From positions 1,472,001-1,536,000 of the forward strand of contig OY969807.1 in NCBI GenBank assembly GCA_963703285.1: a stretch of 64,000 bases of DNA, in the 5' to 3' direction. A program made the position numbers and the translations under genes. The DNA is from an uncultured Nitrososphaerota archaeon (GTDB lineage Archaea > Thermoproteota > Nitrososphaeria > Nitrososphaerales > Gagatemarchaeaceae). The notes beneath the pieces are model-generated. The model searched no databases, was not told where the DNA came from, and saw nothing but the letters and a program-made list of their open reading frames with translations. The number at the start of each line of letters is the position of its first letter. The first letter of the stretch is position 1. Shown here piece after piece: positions 1-10,159 of the stretch.

Positions 1-1
1 C

Positions 2-782
2 CTCTTCCACACGCCAGAATACGTTGACTTCGTCAGGGACTCGTCCCTCCTCGGCGAAGGCTTCCTGGACTACGCAGACACCCCGTCCTTCAAGGGGGTC
101 TACGAGGCGTCGCTCTACCCAGTGGGCGACACCCTCAACGGGCTGGAGCTCGTGCTCGACGGGAAGCTCGACCACTTCTTCAATCCGGTCGGAGGGCTCC
201 ACCACGCGAGGGAGGGAAACGCCGGGGGGTTCTGCGTCTTCAACGACGCGGCCATAGCGATGCGGAGGGCGCTCTCGTCTCCGGGGTTCAAGACGGTCGC
301 CTACGTCGATATCGACGCGCATCACGGTGACGGCGTCTTCTACGGTTTCGAGTCGGACCCGCGCGATCATAGGGGACATCCACGAGGACGGGCACTTCCT
401 CTATCCCGGCACGGGGAGCGCGTCGGAGACGGGGGAGGGCGTCGCCAGGGGGACCAAGCTGAACGTCCCGCTCCCTCCGGGGGCCGGCGACGATGAGTTC
501 GTCGAGGCGTTCCGCAGGGTCGAGGAGTTCGTGCGGAGCTTCGAGCCCGACCTCATCCTGCTTCAGTGCGGGGCAGACGGCCTGGGCGGAGACCCGCTCA
601 CCCACCTCCAGTACACTTCGAGAGCGCACGCCCTCGCGTCGTCGAGGCTCCACTCCCTGGCGCACGAGGTCTGCGGGGGAAGGATGGTCGCGATGGGAGG
701 CGGAGGTTACAACCCAACCAACGTGCGCGACGCCTGGTCGGCGGTCGTCAGGGAGCTTTCGGGCCGGGGAGGACCGCCTTGA
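2..782 (+). pseudogene. Histone deacetylase / AcuC family protein, 5' end outside the window, split by a frameshift near 360
   Basis: Frame from 2 reads GGLHHA..GFCVFND..YVDIDAHHGDG..DPR. The continuation IIGDIHEDGHFLYPGTG..QCGADG..DPL..GGGGY is in another frame (327..782). Could be a sequencing indel. Confidence 0.85.
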
Positions 783-843
783 ACCGCGTCTATCGGGTCG
801 CAGAGTCGCAAAGTATTTTGTCTGCCGCGTCGCGAGGCCGTCC

Positions 844-1533
844 ATGACGCAGGAGGTGCGACAGGGAGTCCATCAGGTCCCCGACATGGGGTTCTCGAAC
901 GCGTACCTCGTCGAGATGGAGGGGCAGAGCCTGGCGCTCATCGACACGGGGACGCCCGGCAAGGCGCCGAAGGTGCTCGCGTGTCTCGGGAGCATGGGGA
1001 GGAAGCCGGGGGATATCTCGTACATCGTCCTGACCCACGCTGACGGCGACCACTCCGGGAGCGCGGCGGAGCTGAGGAGGCTCACCGGCGCCAAGCTCGC
1101 GATCGGGGAGGTCGACGCACCTAGGCTCTCCGGCGAGAAGAAGCTCAAGGAGGCGAGCGGCTTCGGGGGCCTCATGATCGGCCTCTTCGGGGCGTTCATG
1201 AAGGTCGAGAGGGTCAAGCCCGACATAACGTTCAAGGAGGGGTCGGCGGTCGGTCCGCTCTCCATCATCGACACGCCCGGCCACACCGACGGGAGCATCT
1301 CGGTCTACAAGCCCAACGAGGCGATCTTCGTGGGCGACCTCCTCAGGACGGACGGTTCGGGGAGGCTGAAGCTCTCCTCGGCAAGCATGAGCAGGGACGT
1401 GGCCGAGATGAAGCGCTCCGCCGAGAAGATATCGAAGCTGGAGTTCGAGATGCTGCTCCCCGGACACGGGAGCCCCATCATGGACGGGGCTTCGAAGAAG
1501 CTGAGGGAGTTCGTCGACGGCGGTTTCAGGTGA
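844..1533 (+). CDS. MBL-fold metallo-hydrolase
   Basis: THADGDHSG, TPGHTDG, GD and LPGHG motifs; ATG at 844. Confidence 0.9.
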   Translation: MTQEVRQGVHQVPDMGFSNAYLVEMEGQSLALIDTGTPGKAPKVLACLGSMGRKPGDISYIVLTHADGDHSGSAAELRRLTGAKLAIGEVDAPRLSGEKKLKEASGFGGLMIGLFGAFMKVERVKPDITFKEGSAVGPLSIIDTPGHTDGSISVYKPNEAIFVGDLLRTDGSGRLKLSSASMSRDVAEMKRSAEKISKLEFEMLLPGHGSPIMDGASKKLREFVDGGFR

Positions 1534-1580
1534 GCCACGGGCAACCCAAATAACGGTCCCCTTCCCCGCGGGAAGCTGCG

Positions 1581-1799
1581 TTGAGCCCCTCCAGGACGGT
1601 CGTCATCTATGCGACGGGCATCGTCCTTGCCTTCTCGTGGGGGCTCTACTACGTCGTCGTCTCCGCCCTCGGTTTCCAGACTACCCTGACCATCGAGATG
1701 CTCGCCGTCACGGCCATCGCTGCGGCCGGGCTGGTCGGGATGGAGCTATACTACAGGCGCAAGCGAAGTTCCTCCGCAGAGATCCGGCCCCGGGCTTAG
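1581..1799 (+). CDS. Small two-helix membrane protein
   Basis: Two hydrophobic segments and a basic tail; similar to 31809..32018. Confidence 0.7.
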   Translation: MSPSRTVVIYATGIVLAFSWGLYYVVVSALGFQTTLTIEMLAVTAIAAAGLVGMELYYRRKRSSSAEIRPRA

Positions 1800-1839
1800 G
1801 ACGCTTCCGCCTCGCAGGATGGGTTGACGGGGAGACCCG

Positions 1840-2679
1840 CTACAGTGCCTGCCCGCAGTTGTTGCAGTACTTCGAGCCCGGCTGGACGGGTGACCCGCAG
1901 TGCCTGCAGAAGCCTCCGACCGCAGCCGGACCCAGGGCAGCGTCAGGCTGGGAGTATGGCGGTTGCATCGGACCCGGAGGTATTCCGTAGGCCGACGCGT
2001 CCGGCGGCGTCGGGGTGGCAGACGGTCCGTAGGTGATGTAGGCGTAGGTGATGATGACGGAGACCCAAGCCTCGAGCGGGACAGAGAGGAGCGACTCGAC
2101 GACCTTCCCTCCCAGGGGCGAGGCGAAGGAGACTGCGGCGTCTATTATCCCGACGACGATCGCGACGACGATGATGACCACGAATATGGCGAAGGTGGAC
2201 CACTTCTTGTCGCGGCCGAAGGCCTTGCTCGCCGACATGCCCGCCAGGGCCCCCTTGTTCTCGAGCATTATCGCCGGAACGGTGTAGGCGTACCAGGTCA
2301 CAAATATGATTCCCGGGACGATCAGGGCGATGGTGCCGAGGAGGACTATCAGGCCCACCAAGATCCCCGCGATGAGCAACGTGAAGAACCTCCCGAAGGC
2401 CTGCCTGAGGGAATTGGGGATGTCGAGCTCACGGCCGCTGAGGGACTCCTGGACCAGCGAGGGGTACGCCCCTGCGACGATTATGGAGACGATCAGGCTG
2501 ATGAAGACAAGGATCAGCTCCAGCACGCTCAGGGTCGCCACGTTGGCCAGGTCCTCGAGCAGGGACAGCACCAGAACTATCACCTGCGGGATCAGGAGCG
2601 CCGGCGTCTTCATTATCAGGTTCGCGGATTTCGAGAGGACCTCCCCGACGACGATCGGCTTGCCGACCCTCACGCCCAT
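1840..2679 (-). CDS. Multi-pass membrane protein with C-terminal zinc ribbon
   Basis: About six hydrophobic segments, Pro-rich linker, CRHC..CNNC at the C-terminus; start uncertain (2679 or 2715). Confidence 0.85.
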   Translation of the reverse strand: MGVRVGKPIVVGEVLSKSANLIMKTPALLIPQVIVLVLSLLEDLANVATLSVLELILVFISLIVSIIVAGAYPSLVQESLSGRELDIPNSLRQAFGRFFTLLIAGILVGLIVLLGTIALIVPGIIFVTWYAYTVPAIMLENKGALAGMSASKAFGRDKKWSTFAIFVVIIVVAIVVGIIDAAVSFASPLGGKVVESLLSVPLEAWVSVIITYAYITYGPSATPTPPDASAYGIPPGPMQPPYSQPDAALGPAAVGGFCRHCGSPVQPGSKYCNNCGQAL

Positions 2680-2793
2680 GGTGGTGGCAGCGTCTTGTCT
2701 GATATTTATTCTCACGGGAGTTAGGGGCGCCCATTCGCGGACGATGGGTCCGTCCGGAGCGACGGAGGAGCGTCCAACCCCCCCCCGGCGCTC

Positions 2794-4629
2794 CTACCGC
2801 CTGCCGCGACGGTGGTGCTTCCTCGGAGGGTTCATCGCGACGATGTCGAAGAGGATGCGTCTGTAGTTTATCGTCAGGGACCTCGCGAAGAACGGACCCT
2901 CTATCAGCATGTCGTGCAGGTTGTGCTCGTTCTTCTCGTAGAGCTCGAACCTCTCGAAGGATAGGCAGTCTTCGAGGTACGGCCTGAGCCTGGAGACAGG
3001 AAGGTCCGACGTCACCTCCTCGGGGACGGGTTCGCTCTTCGACGTGGTCAGCAGGTCGTTGAGCGCATCCCGCGCCGCCTGGAAGTTCTTCCAGGCCTCC
3101 TCCGCAAAACCCGGGAAGATCCCGTTGGCGACGAGCCTGGCCGAGAACGAGCCGTCCTCGTCCTGGGAGTAGGCCCTGAGGAGGCTGGCCTTGACGTTCA
3201 GCTCGTTCGACCTGTCGTAGGCGTAGAGGAACTGGCGCGCGACCCCCTCGAGCTCCGCCCTGTACGCGTGGTTGAGGGAATCGCCGAACGAGCCGCTCGC
3301 CAGGAGGAACCGGGCGGCGTCATATTCTCCGGAGATCAGCGCGCTCGATATCATGTGGGCGAAGTCCGGGTCATAGGGAATCTCGCTCATCAGGGTCCCC
3401 TTCCAAGTAATCTTGCGGGTGCGCCCGTCTATGGCTCCTATCTCGACGAGCCAGTCCTCGGCGAAGGCGACCTCGCGTGGGTCCACCTTGGACATGAAAT
3501 CGAGGTCTGAAAGCTTGAGGCCGTACTTCGACATGAGGAGGACCAGGTCGAAGGGGGTCTCCGTCTCGAGGGACTTGCGGACCGGCGTGGGCTCGATCTT
3601 CTTCGGGACCGGGGTGTCGGAGATTATGACCGCCCTGCCGGGCTTGAACCGTCCGATCCTCCCGATCATCTGCAGGAGAGAGTTGTTGTCTATCTTCTTG
3701 TACTGCAGGGACTTCTGTCCGAGTCTGTCCTTGCCGTCGATGACCTCGTTGAATATCAGGACGTTGTCGACGTAGATGTTCACCGAGGAAGCGATGACGT
3801 TCGTCGCGAAGATCCTCAGGTTCTTCTCTGTCTCTGCCCTCCTCTGGATCGTGTTGACCTCGGAGCCCACGAGGCCTCCGTGGATGAAGACGCCTCTGTA
3901 GCTCCCGGCGTAGTTCTCAACCAGACGCCTGGTCGGGAGGAAGACGAGCCATGACTCGTTCGGGGGCTGCTGGTAGAGATAGAGGGAGAGGACCCTGAAC
4001 ATCTCCTCGAAGTCCTTCGCCAGCTCGACCTCGATCCTCACGGGGAACCTCCGCCCGCTCAGCGAGTACAGCTTCGATATCCCCAAGAAGGAGAGGAACT
4101 CCCTCGGGTCTATCGTCGCGCTCATGACGCGGAAGAGGTTCCTGGCCGACGCCTCCTCCTTCTTGGCGAGCGACATGCAGAGCTCGAGCTGGGAGGACAT
4201 CTGGTGGCTCTCGTCGAAGTAGATCGAGGACTCCGAGACCGAGTCCTCCGCGAGCATCCTGAGCAGGACGCCGTCGGTGACCACCTTTATCATGCCGCCG
4301 ACGTTGATCTTCGTGTCCTTCGTGATGACGGCCAGCTCGTCGCTTATCTCGGGATGGAGCGCCTGGAGGGAGTAGTATAGCGCGTTGCAGGCTGCCCTGG
4401 AGGGTTCGCGGATGAGAATCTGGCGCTTCTTGTCGTAGACCTCGAACTCGCGGACCGGCGTCACGGTGCTCTTTCCCGTCCCGACGTCACCGACTATCAC
4501 GAAGTGCCTGGTGAAGTCTATCGAGTTGAGGACGGAGAAGATGGGGAGCGGGGGCCGTCCCGTGAGCGCCGCATCCGCGATCGGGCGCGCCGGCCCCCGG
4601 TCGTCTCCGCCGGATTCGGTGCCAGCCAA
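2794..4629 (-). CDS. SF2 helicase, DEAH/RHA-like
   Basis: GDVGTGKST, EPSRAA, TDGVLLR, DESH, SAT, GRRFPV, LVFLP, ATNVIASSVNI, QMIGRIGR, plus HA2-like ITWKGTLMSEIPYDP. Confidence 0.9.
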   Translation of the reverse strand: MAGTESGGDDRGPARPIADAALTGRPPLPIFSVLNSIDFTRHFVIVGDVGTGKSTVTPVREFEVYDKKRQILIREPSRAACNALYYSLQALHPEISDELAVITKDTKINVGGMIKVVTDGVLLRMLAEDSVSESSIYFDESHQMSSQLELCMSLAKKEEASARNLFRVMSATIDPREFLSFLGISKLYSLSGRRFPVRIEVELAKDFEEMFRVLSLYLYQQPPNESWLVFLPTRRLVENYAGSYRGVFIHGGLVGSEVNTIQRRAETEKNLRIFATNVIASSVNIYVDNVLIFNEVIDGKDRLGQKSLQYKKIDNNSLLQMIGRIGRFKPGRAVIISDTPVPKKIEPTPVRKSLETETPFDLVLLMSKYGLKLSDLDFMSKVDPREVAFAEDWLVEIGAIDGRTRKITWKGTLMSEIPYDPDFAHMISSALISGEYDAARFLLASGSFGDSLNHAYRAELEGVARQFLYAYDRSNELNVKASLLRAYSQDEDGSFSARLVANGIFPGFAEEAWKNFQAARDALNDLLTTSKSEPVPEEVTSDLPVSRLRPYLEDCLSFERFELYEKNEHNLHDMLIEGPFFARSLTINYRRILFDIVAMNPPRKHHRRGRR

Positions 4630-4768
4630 GCGATGGGTCTGCCTCTCCGAAAAAACACCGCCCCGGGGAGGGAGATAAACCAGCCTACGCGTCTCCTGGC
4701 CCGATGATGGGCCGAGTCCCCCGAGACGTCCCGGGGAGCGGGTGGGGTCCTCAGGTGGGAGCCGGCGG

Positions 4769-6379
4769 TCAGTCCGACGCTGGCGCGGCCGCGCTGAGCG
4801 TGTCCCTTAGCTCGGTGGAGAGCTCGGACTGGGACTTGTCCAGCGACCTCACGACCTCCTTCGCGAGGGCCATCTCCCAGGTGGAGTCCAGCTGTCTGAG
4901 CTTGTCTCCTATGTCTATCTTGCTGGGCCGGACCTTTCCGCTCTGGACGTCCTGGACCAGCTTGTTCACGTTCAGGTTGAGCGAGTAGCGGCTGCTTATC
5001 GCCTGAAGCGCCTCCCTCAGGGTGTCGATCGGATAGTAGCTCTCGATCGAGCCCGCCTTCCAGGAGTGCACCATCTCCCTGGGGACGACCTTCTTCTCGA
5101 CGAGCTGCGCTGCCTCGCCGCTGTCTTCGGCGTCCAGAATCACGAACGTCGGGACGACCCTCTCGAACATGGCGACGACCGAGTCCAGGGCCCTTGCGGG
5201 GTCGCCCTTCCGCTTGATCGGGACGATCACCGCGTCGGCCAGGTCGATGCCCAGCTTCTGTGCGAAGGCCTGGAGGACTATCTTCTCGGCCTTCCTCTCA
5301 ACTAGGATGACCCGGTCGCTGAACAGGACGTCGCTCGGCTTGATCCCCATCTCCTTGAGGAGGCCTACCAAGTCGTCTGCCCGCGCTACCTTGGTCTGGC
5401 CCTCATCGAACCCGACGACCCAGAAGGCAGCCTTCCCGACCGCGTCGACGACGACTGGGGAGTGGGTGGCGATGAAAATCTGCCTCCCCTGGGAGATTTT
5501 CTCGATCTCGTCGGTGAGCCTCCGTTGCAGCCCCGGATGCCCGTGGCTCCCTGGCTCCTCGATGCCCAGTATCGTGGCGCCGTCCGTCTCGAGGAGCGCC
5601 GTGAAGAGGAGGTTTGCGGTTCCCTGCACTCCCCCGCCCTCCAGGGAGAGAGGGAAGCGCCTGTTCCCCTTCTTGACCATCAGCCGGGCCTGGGCCGGAT
5701 CCAGGCGGAATGAAGTTATGCCCGAGAAGGCCGCCTCGAATTCGCCGTACATCTCTTCGTCCCGGGGCGAGGTGCTCTGCTGCAGGTTCCACAGGCGGCT
5801 CTGCGCGCCCTCGTCGAGCGATGTGACCCTGAACCTGTCGCCCCCCCTGGCGTCCCTAGACGTCCCGACGAGCCTGAACCTGTTCCTGACTATCGCGGCG
5901 AGTATCATGAGGAGCCTGTCCAGAGAGGGGGAGTCGATGTTGAGGTCGGGAGAGAGCTGAGGCACATCGTCCTTGACCAAGCTTATCGTCCCCCACTCGA
6001 TGCTGTCCGTCCTCCAGACACCCTGGGGGCTGACCAGCGAGCGCGTTATCCTGAGCGTCGTCGAAGACGAACTCCCCAGGAGGGAGTTCAGGAAGGCCTG
6101 GTCTTCCCCCGAGAGCCCGGGCATCCCCTCCCCGATGAAGTCGAGGGCGAGCTCGAAGACGATTGGTTCGGTCGACCCCTTGGACCATACGTACTCATCC
6201 AGACCGGCGGTCGTTCCCTTGGCCGGCTCGAACTCAGAGAAGAAAAGCCTCATCGCCTCCAGGATGTTGGATTTCCCCGAGCTGTTCCTGCCTACCAGGA
6301 CGTTGAGGTTGCCAAGGTTCTCCAGCGAGACGCGTCTCAGGCTCCGGTAGTTGTCGACCTTGAAGGAAGTGATTTTCAA
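4769..6379 (-). CDS. OLD-family ATP-dependent nuclease (ABC-type ATPase + TOPRIM)
   Basis: NYRSL, GRNSSGKSN, EGGG, IEEP..H.HP, IATHSP, then TOPRIM-like ILVE and ILDAED. Confidence 0.85.
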   Translation of the reverse strand: MKITSFKVDNYRSLRRVSLENLGNLNVLVGRNSSGKSNILEAMRLFFSEFEPAKGTTAGLDEYVWSKGSTEPIVFELALDFIGEGMPGLSGEDQAFLNSLLGSSSSTTLRITRSLVSPQGVWRTDSIEWGTISLVKDDVPQLSPDLNIDSPSLDRLLMILAAIVRNRFRLVGTSRDARGGDRFRVTSLDEGAQSRLWNLQQSTSPRDEEMYGEFEAAFSGITSFRLDPAQARLMVKKGNRRFPLSLEGGGVQGTANLLFTALLETDGATILGIEEPGSHGHPGLQRRLTDEIEKISQGRQIFIATHSPVVVDAVGKAAFWVVGFDEGQTKVARADDLVGLLKEMGIKPSDVLFSDRVILVERKAEKIVLQAFAQKLGIDLADAVIVPIKRKGDPARALDSVVAMFERVVPTFVILDAEDSGEAAQLVEKKVVPREMVHSWKAGSIESYYPIDTLREALQAISSRYSLNLNVNKLVQDVQSGKVRPSKIDIGDKLRQLDSTWEMALAKEVVRSLDKSQSELSTELRDTLSAAAPASD

Positions 6380-6405
6380 AGGCCCGGATGCCGCTGACGT
6401 TTAGT

Positions 6406-6413
6406 TATATAAC
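6406..6413 (-). promoter_or_regulatory. Putative TATA box for the OLD-family gene
   Basis: TTATATAA about 26 nt upstream of the TTG start at 6379, in an AT-rich intergenic stretch. Confidence 0.55.
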
Positions 6414-6601
6414 ATTGTTCTACATTGAAACACTTGTCAAAGTCTAACCAATTTATCGTCTGCAACATGCCAATTACACGTGTTCCTATCAGGATTTCCC
6501 AAAGTCTCCACAATATTTGCTGGGGGGACGGACCTCGCGTCTCCTCCGGCGAAGGGAGACGCGTGTCATCCTTAAAGGGGACGGGAAAGCGTCCGCGGTC
6601 C

Positions 6602-7159
6602 ATGGCTACGAAGGTGCTCGTCGCCTACTCCAGCAGGTATCAAGCGACCAGCGGGATTGCGAGTTTCATCGCGGACCGTCTTCGGGGGTACGGGATCGAC
6701 GTGGACCTGGAGGACATAAAAGCGGTCCACAACCCCGAGGACTACGATGCCTACGTGATCGGGAGCGCCATCTACACGTTCCACTGGTTGAAGGAGGCGA
6801 GGGAGTTCGTGCTGCGAAACCGTAGGATACTTGCGAGGAAGCCGGTGTGGCTCTTCAGCAGCGGGCCCCTGGGGACCCAGACCAGGAACGCGCAGGGAAG
6901 AGACCTCCGCGATGTCTCAGGACCGCAGGAACTGGGGGAGCTCAGGGAGGCGGTCAACCCCCGGAGCCATCGCGTCTTCTTTGGTGCGCTTGACGAAAGC
7001 AAACTCGGGTTCGCGCACAGGATGCTCCGCAAGATGCCGGCAGCGCGCGAGGGGCTCCCCGAGGGTGACTTTCGTGACTGGACGGAGATAGGCGAGTGGG
7101 CCAGCGAGATTTCCAAGCAACTCGGGCTGCCGCTCCCAGCCCACCTTCCCGCAGAGTGA
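6602..7159 (+). CDS. Flavodoxin-domain protein (HemG-like)
   Basis: VLVAYSSRYQAT, IGSAIY, VWLFSSGP, GDFRDW. Confidence 0.85.
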   Translation: MATKVLVAYSSRYQATSGIASFIADRLRGYGIDVDLEDIKAVHNPEDYDAYVIGSAIYTFHWLKEAREFVLRNRRILARKPVWLFSSGPLGTQTRNAQGRDLRDVSGPQELGELREAVNPRSHRVFFGALDESKLGFAHRMLRKMPAAREGLPEGDFRDWTEIGEWASEISKQLGLPLPAHLPAE

Positions 7160-7187
7160 CGGGCGGGTCCCCTCCCCGACGGGGCGA

Positions 7188-7766
7188 CTACTGAAGGCCC
7201 CTCGATGAGACCCAGAGCCGTATCGTCCCGATGTTTGTCTCCTGCCTGTTCACCGAGTACCCGTACCCCCTGACGATGGCCATGAGGAACTCGCGGGCGC
7301 ACTCGGTGGACTCGATCTTCCTGCCTGCGCCGATGACGTCGATCTCGTAGGTTCCCTTCGATTGCTCCTTGATTGTCAGCTGCTTTATGGGCAGGAGGCC
7401 CCTGAAGTCCTTCTCGACCGTCGAAAGCTCCGACAGGTCCCCTGCGAAGATCTTCAGCAGGCTAACGAGCCTGCTTCCGAGGTCCCGGAACTTCTTCAGC
7501 GTCCCCTCCTTGTCCGTGGCGTATAGCTCGGCCGTCACCTCGTCGACGAAGTCGGCGGGGAGCGTGATGACGTCGACCTGCTTGAGCAGGGCGAAGGAGC
7601 GCCAGATTGCGTACAAGTCGGAGGGACTGCCGCCCTCTCCCGCTATCTTCGTCACGAGCGAGAGTGACTCGTTGGCGAAGGCGAATAACGTCTTGTTCTG
7701 CCTTTCGGCTTCGGCTGAGAACGCCTCGAAGACGTTCTGGTCCACCGAGATGTTCGTGCGGGCCAT
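7188..7766 (-). CDS. Hypothetical protein, possible N-terminal ribbon-helix-helix domain
   Basis: RTNISVDQNVFEAF.. strand-helix-helix pattern; coding-like codon usage. Confidence 0.65.
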   Translation of the reverse strand: MARTNISVDQNVFEAFSAEAERQNKTLFAFANESLSLVTKIAGEGGSPSDLYAIWRSFALLKQVDVITLPADFVDEVTAELYATDKEGTLKKFRDLGSRLVSLLKIFAGDLSELSTVEKDFRGLLPIKQLTIKEQSKGTYEIDVIGAGRKIESTECAREFLMAIVRGYGYSVNRQETNIGTIRLWVSSRGLQ

Positions 7767-7893
7767 CCGTGTACTACTCGGGGTCATCCTCAGGCTATTT
7801 ATTCACGTTTGCACTCATTTGCGGTCAACTTTTCGGGCGCCCTGATTTCCCCTGGCTCACCAGTGAGTCACAAGAGTAATGAAATGACGACCT

Positions 7894-8352
7894 TCAGGTT
7901 CTGCCCCGCCTGCCGAAGACCCTCTCAACTACAGATTCCTTGTATCCGTGCTGCTGCAGACCGGTCTCCATCGTCCGCCGGTAGCGCTCCGAGGGCTCCC
8001 CCGGGGGGCTCGCGGACTTCCAGACGAACGTCTTCGCGTGGGCGATGTCGTTCCCGTCCTCCAGCTCCACCCTTATGTCCACAGGGGCGACCCCTTCGTG
8101 CCTGCCCAGCTTCAGGAACTGGTCCTCGGCGAGGAGGTAGACCACGCCGTAGACTATGTCCTCGAACCCGTCCGTCGGCACCAGGTTGGCTGCGTTTCCC
8201 TCCCACCTCGTGGAGCGGACGTTGAAGATCAGCTTGTAGCTCCTGGCTATCGCCCTCTTGGAGAGGTGCCACTCACCGACCAGGCCGTTCATCTGGTCGA
8301 CGTTCAGGTTGGAGCCGTAGGCGAAGTACCAGACCCTGTTCGAGAGCGACAT
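7894..8352 (-). CDS. Gamma-glutamylcyclotransferase family protein
   Basis: YFAYGSNL, VYGVVY, HEG. Confidence 0.9.
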   Translation of the reverse strand: MSLSNRVWYFAYGSNLNVDQMNGLVGEWHLSKRAIARSYKLIFNVRSTRWEGNAANLVPTDGFEDIVYGVVYLLAEDQFLKLGRHEGVAPVDIRVELEDGNDIAHAKTFVWKSASPPGEPSERYRRTMETGLQQHGYKESVVERVFGRRGRT

Positions 8353-8431
8353 CCTGAGGCGACCGAGCACACCCTAGGCGGGCTTTAGATAAGACCCTTT
8401 GTCTTCAGGCGCCGGTCTCTGGGGGGCGGAA

Positions 8432-8878
8432 CTATCGCTGCCGCTTCTTCGAGCGGTACTCCTTCTCCAGAGCCCGTGCGTACTTGTCCCAGACCTCGCT
8501 CGTCTGCCTGGCCTGCTCCTCCAGCGAAGGGGGGTTCGCTATCTTCCACTTCTCCTTGAAGACCATATCGAGCCTCGTCTTGTCCTGGCCCAGGGACTTG
8601 AGGCGGTAGTCGCCGGTCTCGTCGTCCTCCTCCCCGAAGTAATCCAGGTGCCACGCGTCCGGAGGGTTCAAGGTGACCACGTCGACGGCGATCTTCTGGG
8701 TGCCGTCTGCCCCGCGGTATATCTGGGCGTAGACGACTCGCCTCCTGGTCTTCGTCAGGATCCTCCTCTGGCTCTTTGACCCGGTTATCAGAGGGTCGTC
8801 GTTGCGGAAGTCGGTGCACCACTCATATACGTACCGCTGGGGCGCGTCGATGGTCTTGGAAACCCTTGTGACGTCCAT
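8432..8878 (-). CDS. SRPBCC/START-like hypothetical protein
   Basis: VSKTIDAPQRYVYEWCTD N-terminus and C-terminal amphipathic helix. Confidence 0.7.
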   Translation of the reverse strand: MDVTRVSKTIDAPQRYVYEWCTDFRNDDPLITGSKSQRRILTKTRRRVVYAQIYRGADGTQKIAVDVVTLNPPDAWHLDYFGEEDDETGDYRLKSLGQDKTRLDMVFKEKWKIANPPSLEEQARQTSEVWDKYARALEKEYRSKKRQR

Positions 8879-8906
8879 GCTCTCGAGGTTGGCGATGCTC
8901 CGATAA

Positions 8907-9428
8907 TTAATCTTGCCTGGACGCACGGGCCTGGTCGCGGTCTTTGAGCTCGAGGAGAGCGTCTCCCAGCTTGGTGAACTGCTGGTTCAGACCCATGGCC
9001 GACATCCTCGTCCACTGGGGGTCGTGCATCGCATCCTGGGTAAGCCTCATCCTGACACCATCTCCCTCGCTCCGAAATTCGACCACGGTCGCGACCTCAT
9101 AGGGGGAGACGCCCGGAGCGATGTCGGCAAGCGTCTTGTACGCGATCCGCTGGGGCTGGACGACCTCGGTGTAGGTCCCGTGGGCGACGTTGGTGAGGGG
9201 GAGGCCCGCTCCCTTCAGCGCCTCGACCTGAAACGTGTCGGTGGCCGTTATCTCGTACTCGAACTCTCCGCCGGGCCGGACATCCAGCTTCCTTACCTTG
9301 GCGACGAACCCGTCCGGCCCCCACCACGATTCCAGGCCCGGCCTCGTCGTCCAGAGGTCCCAGATGCTGTTCAGGCTCGTCTGGTAGACCCGCTCGATCA
9401 CAATCCCTGGTTTTCCCCCGCTGGTCAT
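8907..9428 (-). CDS. SRPBCC (AHSA1-like) domain protein
   Basis: IWDLWTT...SWWGPDGF, DVRPGG, GTYTEVVQPQRI. Confidence 0.9.
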   Translation of the reverse strand: MTSGGKPGIVIERVYQTSLNSIWDLWTTRPGLESWWGPDGFVAKVRKLDVRPGGEFEYEITATDTFQVEALKGAGLPLTNVAHGTYTEVVQPQRIAYKTLADIAPGVSPYEVATVVEFRSEGDGVRMRLTQDAMHDPQWTRMSAMGLNQQFTKLGDALLELKDRDQARASRQD

Positions 9429-9550
9429 GCCGCTCGCGCCACAATCATTCCACGGCGGCACATAAAATAGACCTAGTACGGCGGCGATGCCCCAGAAGAC
9501 GATGAGCGCCCAGAAGGGCGACAACCCTTCGGGCTGATTGTGGAGTCTCG

Positions 9551-10159
9551 CTAGAGGATGTCGCCCGACTCGTCCTGCTCTATCACGGTGAACCTGGCTC
9601 CCGGGAAGGCCGAGGAGATGTGATAGGAGAGGTCGCTGACCAGCTCCCTTCCCTTCTCGTCGACCTCCTTCTCGAACCTGGCGACCTCCGCAGGGTCGCT
9701 CCTAAGTTTCGTCGTCCTGTCGGCGTACTGCTCGAAGGTCTCGCTTGGCATCGCGTGGAGCGCCACGGGCCGGGCTCCGATGGCCACGGAGAAGGCCGCC
9801 TCGTGCGGGCTGTGCAGGGGCCTGTATGTCAGGACCATCTCCAGGAAGAAGTAGTCGCTCCGTCCGAACACCTTCAGGTCTATCTGACGGACCGAGCCCT
9901 TGTGGGAGTCGAAGTAGGAGTTCGCGTTGTCCACGACCGAACGCAGGTCCGAGTCGGCCCCGTCCTTGAAGACGTAGACGTGTGCCCCGTCGACCTCGAG
10001 GGACGCGACGTGCACGACGCCGATGGAGGTCAGAAAGTCGGCCGCCTTCTGGATGAAGTCCCTCGGGTCGAAGGGCTCGTGTACGGGCCGGATAACCCGG
10101 CTGAGCCTGTCGCCCAGGCGTTCGGGCGTGGGCTTGTGTTCCACCTGCTCCGGTTCCAT
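9551..10159 (-). CDS. Hypothetical protein
   Basis: Long ORF with genome-typical codon usage from ATG 10159; no family recognised. Confidence 0.65.
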   Translation of the reverse strand: MEPEQVEHKPTPERLGDRLSRVIRPVHEPFDPRDFIQKAADFLTSIGVVHVASLEVDGAHVYVFKDGADSDLRSVVDNANSYFDSHKGSVRQIDLKVFGRSDYFFLEMVLTYRPLHSPHEAAFSVAIGARPVALHAMPSETFEQYADRTTKLRSDPAEVARFEKEVDEKGRELVSDLSYHISSAFPGARFTVIEQDESGDIL

